This document shows, in pieces, positions 1-11,305 of a stretch of DNA of 64,000 nucleotides (position 1 is its first letter; the number at the start of each line of letters is the position of its first letter). The stretch covers positions 1,550,001 to 1,614,000 of the forward strand of contig JAYWIR010000018.1 in NCBI GenBank assembly GCA_036172245.1, read 5' to 3'. The translations under genes were made by a program, and so were the position numbers. The notes below the pieces were generated by a model. The model worked only from the letters and a program-made list of their open reading frames with translations. It did no database searches and was not told the DNA's origin. This stretch comes from Raillietiella orientalis (lineage: Eukaryota).

Positions 1-2199
1 GAGGTATTCGGGAAGGATGGAGTTCCTCAGGAAGCGCGAGGCATCGGCTGAACGGCTTCCAGCATGCTTCTTCGGTCGGTGCGTGCAAGAAGACACTCAT
101 GTGGGATGCATTCCAGGCGAGTGTTGGAGGATTCGAAACGGCAGACGGCAGGCTGGATCGGCGAGCCATGGCGACCTTTATTCCCTGCACTGGAGAATGG
201 CGGGGCGAGGAGGGGGGGGGGAAAGGCTGACAGCTCCTCTACTGCTGCTGCCGTGGCGGCACGTTCTTCGCCGCTTGCCAAGCGCCGGAGCTCTCCTTCC
301 TCCTTCTCCTCCTCCTCCTTCCCCGTGTCCCGCGTCTAGCTCGCGCGCGCCTGCTCAGTGCGAGGCGCAGCATGCAAGGGGTTGAACTCGCTCCAGCACG
401 AGGCGCGCCTGCCTGCCTACTGCTGCTGAGTGGGAAGAGGAGGCGTCGTTGATGCTTGCGACCGTGCCAAAAGCTGAGTCAACCGCCGCCGCCGCCGCCA
501 CCTTCGCAGGAGGCGAAGACGGACGCAAACATGGCGGCACGGAGGTCCTCATCACTTCCACCCACTTGCCGAGAGAAAGGGGCGTCCTCCCCACTCTCAG
601 CTCGCTCGACGGAGGGGTCCCTCCGCCTCCCTCATTTCTCGCGTTGTTCCAGGCGCGCCCCACCTTCCCCCTCTTCCGCATGCGGTTCGCTTCAGCGTGC
701 TCCCCCTTTCCGACGGAGGAGTGGGCGCACGTACGGCAGGAGCAATCCTTTGCCAGGAACCTCCGCGTTTTGCAAAGGTAGCGAAGTGCGCATTCCTTTA
801 TTTTTAGAGGCGGCGAGAGGACACAGCTGGAATTCTGATGGTGGTGAGGAGGGGGAGAGGGAGGAAGGGGGATGATGAAGAAGAACAAGTTTCAAGGAAG
901 AGCCCGGATAGTCGGGAAAGAAACCGGGAGGAGCTCTCCGCAGTTTTGGGAAGATGTTTCCGCGAGGGGAGGAATGCTCTCTCCCTTTCCTCCATCCCCC
1001 GTTCGCGGAAAGGGGGAAGGAAAGGAAAGAGGGGGAAGGGGAGAAGAGCGCGGACGCGAGAAGGTGCCCTGGAAGCTGCTCCTGCTCCTGCCGATCCCCG
1101 AAACAGCCGCCTTCTTGGACAACCAGCATCTTCTCGGTACGACAGCCACCCGTGCCGCAAAGGAAACCGCGCTGCGCTGGTATTCCAGTGGGGTTCCCTC
1201 CCCCCCCTCCTCCGTTCCTGCTTCCGCCTGCAGGCTGCCTGGGTTCCCTGTCCCGAGGACGGCGGGCCGACTGCCGATACGTCGCGCGTTTCCCCCCGGA
1301 GCCGAAGAGTCTTCTCCACTTCCGCCTCCCGCCCACTGCCACCGCTGCATCCCTGAGCCGCGCTGCCGCCTCTAGGTTCGACGTCCGCTCCGCATGCGTG
1401 GCGCGAAGGCAGGTCTCCCTCGACTTCCCTCATCCCTCCGCCGCCGCGTGGTCGTCCCCTTCCTCCTTCCTCCGTTCCCCCAAGAATTCGATCCGCAGCC
1501 AACTGGCGGGATCCCCAGAAACACGCCTTTGGCTGGCTCGGGTCGCCGCCGCCGTCTGCTGATGCTGCCTTTCCTAAGGCACCGCCGCCGCCGCATCAGC
1601 CGGTTGGGGCGCGTCCCCTCCGACGAGCCGGAAACGGTGCGAGGTGGTTTCGGTGGGAGCAGATGGCCATCAAAACAGGAGAGGAAGTCCCGCGTCGTCC
1701 TCCCAGACGGGCGCGAACGCGGCGCACCCCCAGGCGCTGATCCGGCGAGGTGCTTCCTCCTGCCACGTGCTGCTGCGTCCCTGAGGGACCTTCCTGGAGG
1801 GAGGGACGAGAAACGCGTTCGTTCTCCCCCGGTCCTCTTCCAGCAGCCGGAGCGTATCGCGGAGGAAGTGCCCTGGTGGAGGAAGAGCGGCCAACGCATG
1901 CCTGGCTCTGCACCCTCGCGTCCAAGGTCGCTTAGGGTCTCTCCCTCTCCTTCCAAGCGGCTCTTCCCGTTTCGGGAGGGTGGGAGAAGGAGCGACATCT
2001 TTCCGAAAGGAGCGCTCCTATTGAAGACGAAGGATTCCGAGGAAGACAGCATCCGGCAGCAGCAGCGTCCCTGAAAGCGCACCCACAGAAACGCCTTCCC
2101 CCCCTCCGAAAGGGAAAGCGGTGGCTGTGTTCTTTCAAAGGAGGCGCACCCTGATATTCCTCCCCACAAGGCCGCGAGCGAAGCGTCCCTCATCTGGGG

Positions 2200-3760
2200 T
2201 TCGAGGGGCCTTCCATCCTGATTGAAGGCCTCCTCGGAAACGCGCCCTCACGCCGCGTGGGTGAGGAGGCAGCGGCCGTTGGTCTCTCGCGTTTGCAGGA
2301 TGGTGCCGAACTCTGACCTACGTGAGTGTGTCACGTGGGTGGATGGTGCAGCTCCGGAGATGGAGGGACGAGCCTTGAAGATTTTCTCGTGGACCCCGGC
2401 AGCATGGTCAGCGTTCCTTCCTGGTCGCGCAGCTGACCTCATTGCCTCTACGGGAAAGCTGCAAGGAGGCGCCTTCTGCACCCCCGCCTCTCCTTCCCCC
2501 TCCCCTTTGTTCTCCCTTTTTTATTTATTACGCCGGGTCTTGCTCGAGGGCCCTTCTCGAACCGGGCAGGTCTCGAAGCCGTGCTCCCCCTTCGCTTACT
2601 TCCCCCCTTCTTTCCCCATCGAGAAGGAATCTGCTTCTTCCCTCGCTGTCCTCGTCTCTCCCTCCTCCTCCCGATTCCCGGCTCCCTTTGTCCCCCCACA
2701 CCCCCGCTTCGTTTTCTGCTTTCTTCGCTTTCCTCTCCGTTGCAGGCGAACCGTCGCCATCGCCGCGCGCCGCCTCCGCCCACACACCGTAGCGGGTCCG
2801 GGTTCCGACGCAATCCGGGCCAGCTTTCCGTTCGCGCGCCCCCTCCCACGCCGCGGAAGGGTGGCTGTCCTGGCTTTCGTCCCGGACGAGAGAAAGGGCA
2901 ACTCCTGACCGGAGTCAGCGAACGGTTGCTGCGCAGTTTCCTGGTAACGACCGCCGGTCATCGACTTGTCCCGCGTGACGGCGATGTGCCGTTGCGAATT
3001 CCACGAGAACCTGCGATTCCGGTGATCCCCACGCTTGCGCATGCGCTCGCGCTCCTCCTTCTCCCTGCTTCCCTCCGCCGCCTCTCCCACCTTCTTCCGC
3101 TTCTCTCATCCTCCCAGAGGATGCGGAAGAGCCTACTCGAGAGACCACGGGTATTGCCGCTCATGCAGTCTGGAGCGATCCGCCTGGAAAGCATAGGGTG
3201 CAAGGGGATCACCTAACCTCCTAAGACACCCACCCGCTGGAGACGGTGGTCAGCAGGGGGCTTCGGCAAGGGCGAGGCCTGAGTGAGAAGCCCACTTCCC
3301 ACGCCGGAAGGGGTGAGGGACGAACGGGACTCTGGTGGCTTCCGAAAACGGGTGGAGTCATCGCAAAACTTCCGCTCCCCCACCTCCCATTGGATCGCGT
3401 GGAGGGGGAAAAGGGACTTGGGTTCTCCTTCGCTTCGCTCCTTGGAATCGTCTATCTCATTGGTCCCTTTTTGGGGAAGGAAGAGAAGAGGCTAGCTGTC
3501 TGAAGCGGCAGTTCCTTCGCCTCCTCGGCTGCGGGCAGCTCCTCTTGAAGGCCGAGAGAGAGAGAGCCTGTAGTGAGGACCCCACCGTCTCCGCGGGACG
3601 GCCAAGATGCGGCAGCTCCCGCCACCTTCCTTCGGGTTCGGGCTCCCGCCCAAAAGGCTGGAGGGGAGGCATCCTCGCTTCCCTGGAGAGAGCAGCCTCC
3701 GGGAAGCGAGCGCATGCACTCGGGATCCTCCAGCACGGGAGGGAGGAAGGAGCGTAGGTG
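2200..3760 (+). mobile_element. Decayed CR1/L2-like LINE reverse-transcriptase remnant
   Basis: Motif remnants in RT order: AFLPGR (~2410), a degenerate SGxP..LLL (~3020), LMQSG (~3160), LDRVEGEKGLG/KRDLG (~3390-3420), CLKRQF (~3500). Confidence 0.4.
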
Positions 3761-5899
3761 GACGGGGAGCGTCCCCCGTCCTGGGAGGAGAGGGCGCTCA
3801 ACTCCTCTTCCCCCCCCCTTCCTGCTGGAGAGAGGCAGCTCCTCATGTGGGAGTGACGTGGGACTCGTGCACTTCCCCGGCAGGGACGCCTTCGGCTCTC
3901 CGGAGGATCAGGTGCCAGGAATTTTTTTCTGGGGTCCCGAAGATCCCTCCATCGAAATGCCGATCGGAGTCTGGGAATCCAAGAAAGGGAGGGAAACCAT
4001 GGGCTGCTCCCCCGAGGGAGGAAGCGTCCTCATCCGCCTCCTCCCTGCCGAGAAGAGGGTCCGCGGGATATGCCGAGCATCCAGGTGCCACGCAAAGGGG
4101 AGCTGCTTCTGGAAGTCCAAGGCCTTGTATAGATGATGCGCCATCCTCGAGTGGGATCTGGGACGCTCCCTGAGAGCACCTCTCCTGGTGGAGGGTGGAG
4201 CATGAGGGACACGGCAGGAGCCGGCGGCTTTGCACGCGTTGCTTGGAAACGGAGGTCCGCAGAATAGGGAGTGAACGGGGGGGAGTGAAGAAGGGTCGTC
4301 GAGAAGCTCGTCGTCGAGTCGCCATACGTCGCCAGCAGCCTCCCCCTCCCCCCCTGCTTTCATCTTCCCAACTCATCCTCAGAAGGAACTCACGTCACGC
4401 CGCAGGGGATCGGACCGGAGAGACCCACACCACGCATGCTGGGTTTGCAGGCGGCGATCATCTGCTTGTGCGACTGGGCAGGCAGCAAGCGGCTCCCGAA
4501 TCTGGAAGCCTCCCTCCCCCCTGAGCATAACGACGTTTCCTGCCTCCCTTCCCTTTCCTCTCCGGCGTTCTCGAGCTTGCCCGGAGGCCTGTCGACGGAC
4601 GAAGGTCCCAGAAGCGTTTTCCAGATTCCTCCGGGCTGCTTAAGCGGAGGCGAGGGAGTGATCCGGCAGATGGGCGCTTGGTCCCTCGTTGCCATAGAGC
4701 TATGGAAGCGCTGCTTGTTCCCTGAAGATGGAGGCCACTCCTCAGCACCCTCCAGGCGAGCGAGAAGGGTCGCTTTCATCTCATCCTGCTTTTGCAGACG
4801 ACTCTCGGGGACCAGGTGTCGCCTCGGAAACAGCTCCTTTTTTTCCTTTAGGGCGCCGAGTTGCGTCCCCTCGGCACCTCCTCCTCTTCCCGCCTCCTCG
4901 CGCTGCATCTCTGGCGGTGGACACATGGGTCCTTTTTTAAAAAGCGTCCTCTCCCGGCAAGTGGAGCGAACCCGCTCAGGGGACGATGGAATCCAGGAAG
5001 AGTCCTTCCAAGAAGAAGAATTGTTTTTTTTTTTATTTTTTTGTTTGGGGGGGGGGGAGAAGAAAAGAGGAGAGAGAGACTCCTGGAACGAGATGCCCCG
5101 GCGTCGCACCCGTTGGAGGCGTTTCGTCGGCAGGGGAGAGGCCGGTGTGATCGCACGAGTTCCCTTAGGCCACCTGCTGGGAACAAGGACTGCGGGCCTG
5201 GTTCTCGGGAGGGGGCAGTCGAGTCCTGTTCGCGTGCGCCGTCCTCCAGGATGCCTGATAGCTCCCTCCGGTGCAGGAAGCCTCGTGAGCGGAAGAGGAG
5301 AAGCGACTCCCGTTCGTTCCCGTTCGCGAACGCCGGGGCGCACGCCGTTAGGTGAGGTGAGTGGACGACGGACGTTTCCCCTCGGGAGTCCATTGAGGGC
5401 GCTCAAGCGCGCGCGAAGGGGAATTGCGCGGGCCCATCGTCCAGGAGAATTCCTGCGGCGCGACCCATCCGAGGAAACAGGAGCAGGTGAGGTGCGTTCA
5501 CCTGATGCGTTGCTACACGCGGTGACGCCGCCGCCGCCGCCGCCTCCGCCGCATCTGTTGCCACGTTCCCCGGCACGTGATCCATCCCGCCATGGTGACG
5601 TCCGGTTTTCCACGGCGGCGCCTTGCTCGGAGCAGCTGCGAGCCGAGGGCGTCCGCGAGGGCGGTGCTGACGGGATTCTTCGTGTGAGGGAGTCATCCCT
5701 GCCGGCTCCTTTGGTTGCCCCCTTCACCCCCCTCCCCGAAGGGAAAGAGCATCCTCTCTGGAAAGCGGGATGGTGTCGACCAAGGACTCAGGAGACGCCC
5801 TTCGCAGGGAAATCGGGAGCGATCACGCCGCTTTCCGGCAACCTCCAGAGCTGGGGGCAAGGCTGGGGAGGAGGAAGGGGGGAAGAAAGAAAAGTGGAA

Positions 5900-6300
5900 G
5901 GGGGGGTCGGGGTCCCCTGTATGCGATCCATCCTAAGGAGGAGTAGCGCCACCGCATTCTCGCTGACGCGGGTGGAGCAAGGAGGAAGACAAGGCGCTCG
6001 GCCTACGCTGGTAGGGTCCCCAGTTGTCAAGGACGTTCCGTGGCAACCCGACCAGCAGAGCTTCCGCTTTTACGCGGTGCTCGTGCTCAGGTCCAGCGCT
6101 CTTTTTCGTAGTCTGGTGACCGAGGCGACTCCTTCACGGGGTCATGGGAGAGGACTCTTTCGCCACCGCATTGGAGCTCATCCAGGGCCCGCAGATGAAC
6201 CTTTGGAGGGAAGAAGCGGGAAGAGAGGCGGAGAGAGGCTGGCGTATCCTGGCTCCGTTGAAGAGGGGGGAGAGAGACCAGCAGCCTCCTGGGCTTCCAG
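5900..6300 (+). mobile_element. Decayed LINE RT fragment
   Basis: RVEQGGRQGARPTL...KDVP....SFRFYAV resembles GVPQG..P.L...DLP.....YADD. Confidence 0.33.
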
Positions 6301-8475
6301 GGGAGACTCGTCCCAGCACCGGTTCGCCGCCTCGCTCTCCTTCCTCCTGGAGGAAGGACGGCGAAGGGGCGAGCCGGAAAAGCCGCGCTCCTCCTTCCGC
6401 CCGCCCCCCGGACCGGACCAGAAACTCAAAGCGACGGAGAGGACCGGAGGAAGGGGAATGATTCCAGGGAGGGCATCCCGCGATCGCCTCCCTCTCCCGG
6501 CGTACTCCAACGGGAAGCTGAGTCCCCTCTCTGCAGCAACCCGGCCCTCTCCCTCCCGAGGATCCCTCGGGAGGGAGAGACAGAGACGCTACAGAGGAGT
6601 TGTCCTCTGTAGCGCCCCTGGCCAAGCGGCGCGTGGGTTCCAGGAGGCTGGGATAGAGAGCTGTTCGTCCCGGAGGAGTTCCCGTAACACGCGGGGAAGA
6701 AGGAGAGGGAGGGTTGAGGGGGCGTTTTCTCCCCTCGGGAGCGGCGGCTTCCGCGCTCGGCACTTTCGGCGCCCCGGAGCCTCGGGCGCTGGGCGGGTGG
6801 ACGTCCCTGGAGCGACGGACGGAAGGAGTCGGCCGGGCGCAGCAACGGGGGGTTTCGAGCTTGCGCCCACGAAGTCCAAGCCGGTCGCTCCCTCGTCTCC
6901 GACAGTGCCTCAGACCCCCTCTGGGAGCCTCCTGGGGCTTCCGCGGAACTGGGGGTCTTCGGCAGACAAGGGGAGGCAGTGGGCAAGGGGGTGCCGCCGC
7001 TGCTGCCGGAGACGCTTGCCCGCGGCGTTTTCTCGCACGCCTCCCTCTCCCCCCGGGGAACGCAGCCAAGCCCCAGGCGCGGACGGGTCACCCAGACGGC
7101 TTTCTTCTCGCGCGACCTTCGCCGGGCTCTCCGCGGTGGCGCGGCACAAAGGGAGCGCCGCTCCCCCGCCGGCGGAGACGTCCTTCGGGGGGAAGCGCGC
7201 GTCCCCGCTTTGTCTCCCCGCCGTCCCGAGATTTATGTCCGTCTTCGCCGCCCCTTTTCCTGGGACCCGAAGGAATGCCGTTGTTTCCCGGGAGAGCCCG
7301 GCGGGGAGGGCGCGACGGCGAGGGGAGAGGGGGGGAAGAGGTTTCCTCCCGGTGGAACGCGCCCTTGCGCGCGGGAGCCCGGGAAGGAGGGACGCGGCAA
7401 CGGCGGTGTCCCTCGGAGAGGATTTTCCGCGCGCGACCTTCCTTTCCCCCTCCTCCGCATCCCACCCTCCCCCCGCGCGCCTGGTCCCCTTCCCCTCCAA
7501 GGAAAGGGGGAAACGGAAGGCGGCGAAGGGGAGAGCGTTCCCGCGGAGCCGTCGGGTTCGCCGACCGGAAAAGCGGGAGGAGACGCGCGCTCGGGAGGGC
7601 GACGCTCCGCTCGGATCTCCACGGCGACGGATTCAAGGCTACGCGAAGCCCGCGAACGTCCCTGCTCGCCGACACGTGCTCGGGTTCATCGGCTGCGGAC
7701 GGACGTCGCCTCGGCGGGCGGGGAGAGCGGAGGGAGAGGGAGGGAGGAGGGAGGAGAGAGGGAGGGAGGGAGGGAGGGAAGGGGAAGCCAGCCGTCTGCG
7801 GCGACCGATCCCGCTCTCCCTGACCTTCAGACGGCCGCCGCGCTCGCTGGCCGTCTCGGGGGAGCAGCGGCGGCAACGGCGGCGGCTGCGCTCGGAACGC
7901 GGGAAAGATCGGGTTGCTCCCCCTCCCTTTCCCCCACCTCCCCCGCGCGCTCCCATCTTTGCGGCGGCGGAGGGGGCGGGCGGAAGGAACCCCCACTCTC
8001 TCGCGGTCCCACGTAGGCGCGCGCCTGAGGCGGGGAGGGTGGGGATGCGGGGGGAGAGGAAGAGCTCGCGCACGCGCGCGCGCGCACGCGGGGAAGCGTC
8101 TTCGGCTGCGACGGCAGCTGCGCGGCGGCGGGAACGCGCGCGCGCCGTGCCGTGCAGCTGCCACCCGACAGGTGGGGTGCGATAGCGGCGCGCGTCTCCT
8201 GGAGGGAACGCCCCGAGGGCCGACTGCCTCCTTGGCCGGCAGGGCCGTCCTCGGCGTCCGTCGGCGAGAGCCACTCCTGAGCTTGGAGATGCAGGCAGAA
8301 GCCGCGCGACGCCGCCGGGGCGCCCGCCTCCTCCTTTCCGACGCCTCCCGTAGGAACGGACGCAGAGACGGCGACTTGGTCTGGGCGTCCGACCCACCTT
8401 GCACGCGTCGGCGCTGTCAGGGGCGGCAGCAGCTCGACGGTGACGACAGCGCGCACGCTCTCGCCCGCTCGAGAA

Positions 8476-9460
8476 TGCTGACGTCAGCACGAGGAGTCGG
8501 GAAAGGGGAGGGACGGAGGGAAGAGGAGGGGTGGGGGGGAATCCGCCGCCGCTCTCCCGTCCGTCACCGCCCGGAAACACATGTTCCTCCTGCTCCTCCT
8601 CCCTTCCTTCCTTCCTTCCCTCCCTCCTGTTCCCCGAATCGTCCGCCCGCGGCTGGCGTCGGCTGCTCTCTCCTACGCCCACGATCGCCGTCGTCGTCGT
8701 CGCCTCCGCCGCCGTTTCCACGAACGGTGACGTCACGCCGGGGGAGAGTGGAGTGGCACCAGAGGAAGCGTTCCCGGATCTGTGCGGATCGGCGCGCGCT
8801 AGCCCACCGACCGCACAGGAAGCGGAAGTCGCTGGTAAACACCCCGGGCTCTCTCGCGCGCCCGTGTGGATACTCTCCGCGCCGTTTCCGCTCCGCGGTC
8901 GCCTCCCTCCCTCTCTCTCTCTCTCGCGCGCGCGCGCAAATGCCGTTTTCCCCCCGTCGCCTGGCAACGCGACAGCGTCGTCTCCGTCATCGTCAGCGGA
9001 CCCATTTTCCTCTCCTCCAAGTCTCGATTCCAGATCTCCGCATGCTTGGGTAGGAAGAAACTCCGTAATCCCCTGGATCATCCTGGCCTGCGTGCGTGGC
9101 GCACCCACGCTGCTTTCCCTACTTCCCTCTCCCTCCGGTTCTCGCTTCCGCTCGCCGCCTCCTGCTCGCCCACTCCCTCCTCCTCATCCCCGCCTTCCTC
9201 CGCTTCCCGGCTCCCTTTCCCCAGTGACTGCTGCCACGGAGACCCGCGGCTCGCCGAGACTCCTCTCAATGGGGAAGCGCGCGCGAGCCAGACCGACTTT
9301 CCGTGACGTCATTCCTGTCGTCACCCCCGCATGGCTAGAATCCGAGAACGCGCGCGACTCTTTGCTGGAGACGGCCAGCCAATCAGAGGCCGTGGTGCCG
9401 CTGCGTCACCGAGCGAGGCTTCACGTAAAGGCCGAACGTGTGGATTCCTCGTACTCAGTT
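8476..9460 (+). promoter_or_regulatory. Putative PIM promoter: C-MARE/CRE (8476-8489), CRE (8728-8735), CRE (9304-9311), CCAAT (9379-9383), initiator TCAGTT (9455-9460; TSS ~9457)
   Basis: Exact motif matches in a CpG-rich region immediately upstream of the ATG. CCAAT at about -75 and the TCAGT initiator have canonical spacing. Confidence 0.6.
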
Positions 9461-9528
9461 TTGTTGATGCTGTCGACCAAGTGTGTTCGTGGCGTCTCTC
9501 CCCTCCTTGCTCTGAATTCTGTGGATCG

Positions 9529-9549
9529 TGCTGCTGCTGCTGCTGCTGC
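9529..9549 (+). repeat. (TGC)7 microsatellite in the predicted PIM 5' UTR
   Basis: Seen directly, between the initiator and the ATG. Confidence 0.9.
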
Positions 9550-9571
9550 GTAGCAACCGTTGACAGAAAGG

Positions 9572-9883
9572 ATGCCTGGATTCGACTACCGCATGAGTTG
9601 GAGCCATCAGCACTATCCCGAGGGGTTCGTTGCGGACTGCATGAAGCGTGCCGGTAAGCGTCTCGTGGGGGAAGTCCTCGCTGTTCGACGAAGGAGGGAC
9701 TCCTCCGGTCCAGATCGCAAAAAGAGGCAGCAGATCCTGCGCGACTTCGAGGAAGAGTACGACGTGGGCGCCATGCTGGGCAAGGGCGGCTTCGGAACGG
9801 TTTTCGCTGGCTTCCGCAGGACCGATCGGCTCCCCGTGGCCATAAAGTTCATCGAGAGCTCCCGGGTGACCCAATGGGGAAAG
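9572..9883 (+). CDS. Pim: PIM kinase coding exon 1 (MPGFDY...VTQWGK)
   Basis: Contains the G-loop and VAIK lysine. Ends at donor AAG|gtaggc (phase 0). Intron 1 = 9884-9937 (54 nt), ending ctcccgcag. Confidence 0.9.
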
Positions 9884-11305
9884 GTAGGCAGGCGGCGGTG
9901 CCGACCGCGGCAGCCTCACGATGGCCTCCTCCCGCAGTCCAACGGCCTACGGGTCCCTTTGGAGGTGTGCCTCCTGGCCAGGCTCAGCAGCACTCCAGGC
10001 ATCATCAAGATCCTTAACTACTATCAGGCCGATCAGCAGTTCATCATCGTCATGGAACGCTTCGACCCCTGCAAGGACCTCTTCGACTATATAACCGACA
10101 ACGGCAGCCTCGACGAGACGCTGGCCAAGAACTTCTTCCGCCAGATCGTGGAGGCCATCATCGCCTGCCATACGAAGGGCATCGTCCACAGGGACATTAA
10201 GGTAAGTTCCAGAAAGCGATGACATCTCCTTGACCTCTTTTCCCGTCAACAGGACGAAAACGTACTCGTGGACACCAACACGCACAAGGTCAAGCTCATT
10301 GACTTCGGCTCCGGAGGTCTGCTGAAGGACACCCACTACACCGAGTTTGAAGGTGAGTACCCCGCGCTTGCGTGCGCCGTCCTTCTCTCTTCGCCGCCCT
10401 CCCCCCTTCTCCTCCTCCACGGTCCATTTCCCCCCCCATCCGCCGGCTCAATATTCGTCCTTGCCACATACCGAGTAGTCACGGCGGGGGCGATCCCCCA
10501 CCACCCCGCCTCACTCCTCGCCGGCCTCCTCCTCCTGCTCTGCCCCTTCCTTCGTCGCACTCCTCCCCCACTTTTCCCTTGTGTGGCCCCCCTTACCGGC
10601 GTGTCGCCCTTCCGCCGAATGACCGACGGCCCTCTCCTCTCTGCTCCCCCTCCAGGCACGCGCGTGTACAGCCCGCCCGAGTGGATCAAGTACAGCCGCT
10701 ACAACGCGGAGCCTGCGGCAGTGTGGAGTCTGGGCATCCTCCTGTACGACATGATCTGCGGGGACATTCCCTTCGAGCACGACGCCCAGATCGTGCGCGC
10801 GGACCTGCAGTTCCGCAGGATCGTCTCTCCCGAGTGCGAGGGGCTTATCCGGCGCTGCCTCCAGGTGTGCCCCGAGAACAGGCCCACCCTCCAGGAACTG
10901 CTCAGGAACCCCTGGCTGTCGTCTTGTCCCGGCGACCACCATCCACAGCACCCGGCGGCCGCTCCTCCCACGAACGCTCTCCTGTGTCCCATCCCGACGC
11001 CGGCGGACCTCCTCTTCCACCGCCATTGCCCTCCGGGGCACCGGGAAAGGAAGACGACCTACCCGGTGGACTTCGAGGCCGCGGCGGCCTGCGACCACCA
11101 GCACCTCCACCACCACCACCTCCGCCACCGCCTGCAGTGCGAGGACTGCGACAGAAACGACCGCGATGACGACGACGATGATGAGGGAGACCGCGACGAC
11201 AACGAAGACGAAGACGACGACGAAGAAGACGAAGACGACGGCGTGGGTTCCGGCGGGTGCGGAACCATAGTGATCGCCCGTCACCCTAGCGGGTGGATGT
11301 CGTGA
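9572..11305 (+). CDS. Pim: PIM-family serine/threonine protein kinase, 441 aa; exons join(9572..9883,9938..10201,10253..10352,10656..11305)
   Basis: The spliced translation has all kinase motifs: LGKGGFGTV, VAIKFI, VPLEVCLL, KDLFDYIT, HRDIK|DEN, KLIDFGSG, G|TRVYSPPEWI, AAVWSLGILLYDMICGDIPFE and RPTLQELLRNPW. These are diagnostic of PIM (SPPE, AAVWSLG, CGDIPF). All three introns are GT..AG and restore frame. An in-frame TAG at 9551 precedes the ATG at 9572; the stop is TGA at 11303-11305. Confidence 0.96.
9938..10201 (+). CDS. Pim: PIM kinase coding exon 2 (SNGLRVPLEV...HRDIK)
   Basis: Ends at donor AAG|gtaagt. Intron 2 = 10202-10252 (51 nt) has an in-frame TGA and ends tttcccgtcaacag. Confidence 0.93.
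10253..10352 (+). CDS. Pim: PIM kinase coding exon 3 (DENVLVD...YTEFE-G)
   Basis: Contains DFG. Ends at donor GAAG|gtgagt (phase 1). Intron 3 = 10353-10655 (303 nt), ending ccccctccag. Confidence 0.93.
10656..11305 (+). CDS. Pim: PIM kinase coding exon 4 (TRVYSPPEW... plus His-rich and acidic tail)
   Basis: C-lobe motifs are followed by an open frame to TGA at 11303-11305. A further intron in the low-complexity tail cannot be excluded. Confidence 0.88.

Noticed and set aside
4436..8185. 1249-codon open frame on the + strand
   Set aside because: The translation is Arg/Gly/Pro/Ser-rich and runs through homopolymer and simple-repeat tracts. It has no domain, and overlapping frames also stay open for 350-490 codons. 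The two RT-like remnants in it (LQAAIICLCDWA, then QGGRQG) are in the wrong order for one element. It is longer than its neighbours, so a Ribo-seq or codon-substitution check would be a cheap final test.
9560..9571. TTG start 4 codons upstream of the PIM ATG (analogy to the PIM1 CUG isoform)
   Set aside because: An in-frame TAG at 9551 limits any extension to a few residues.
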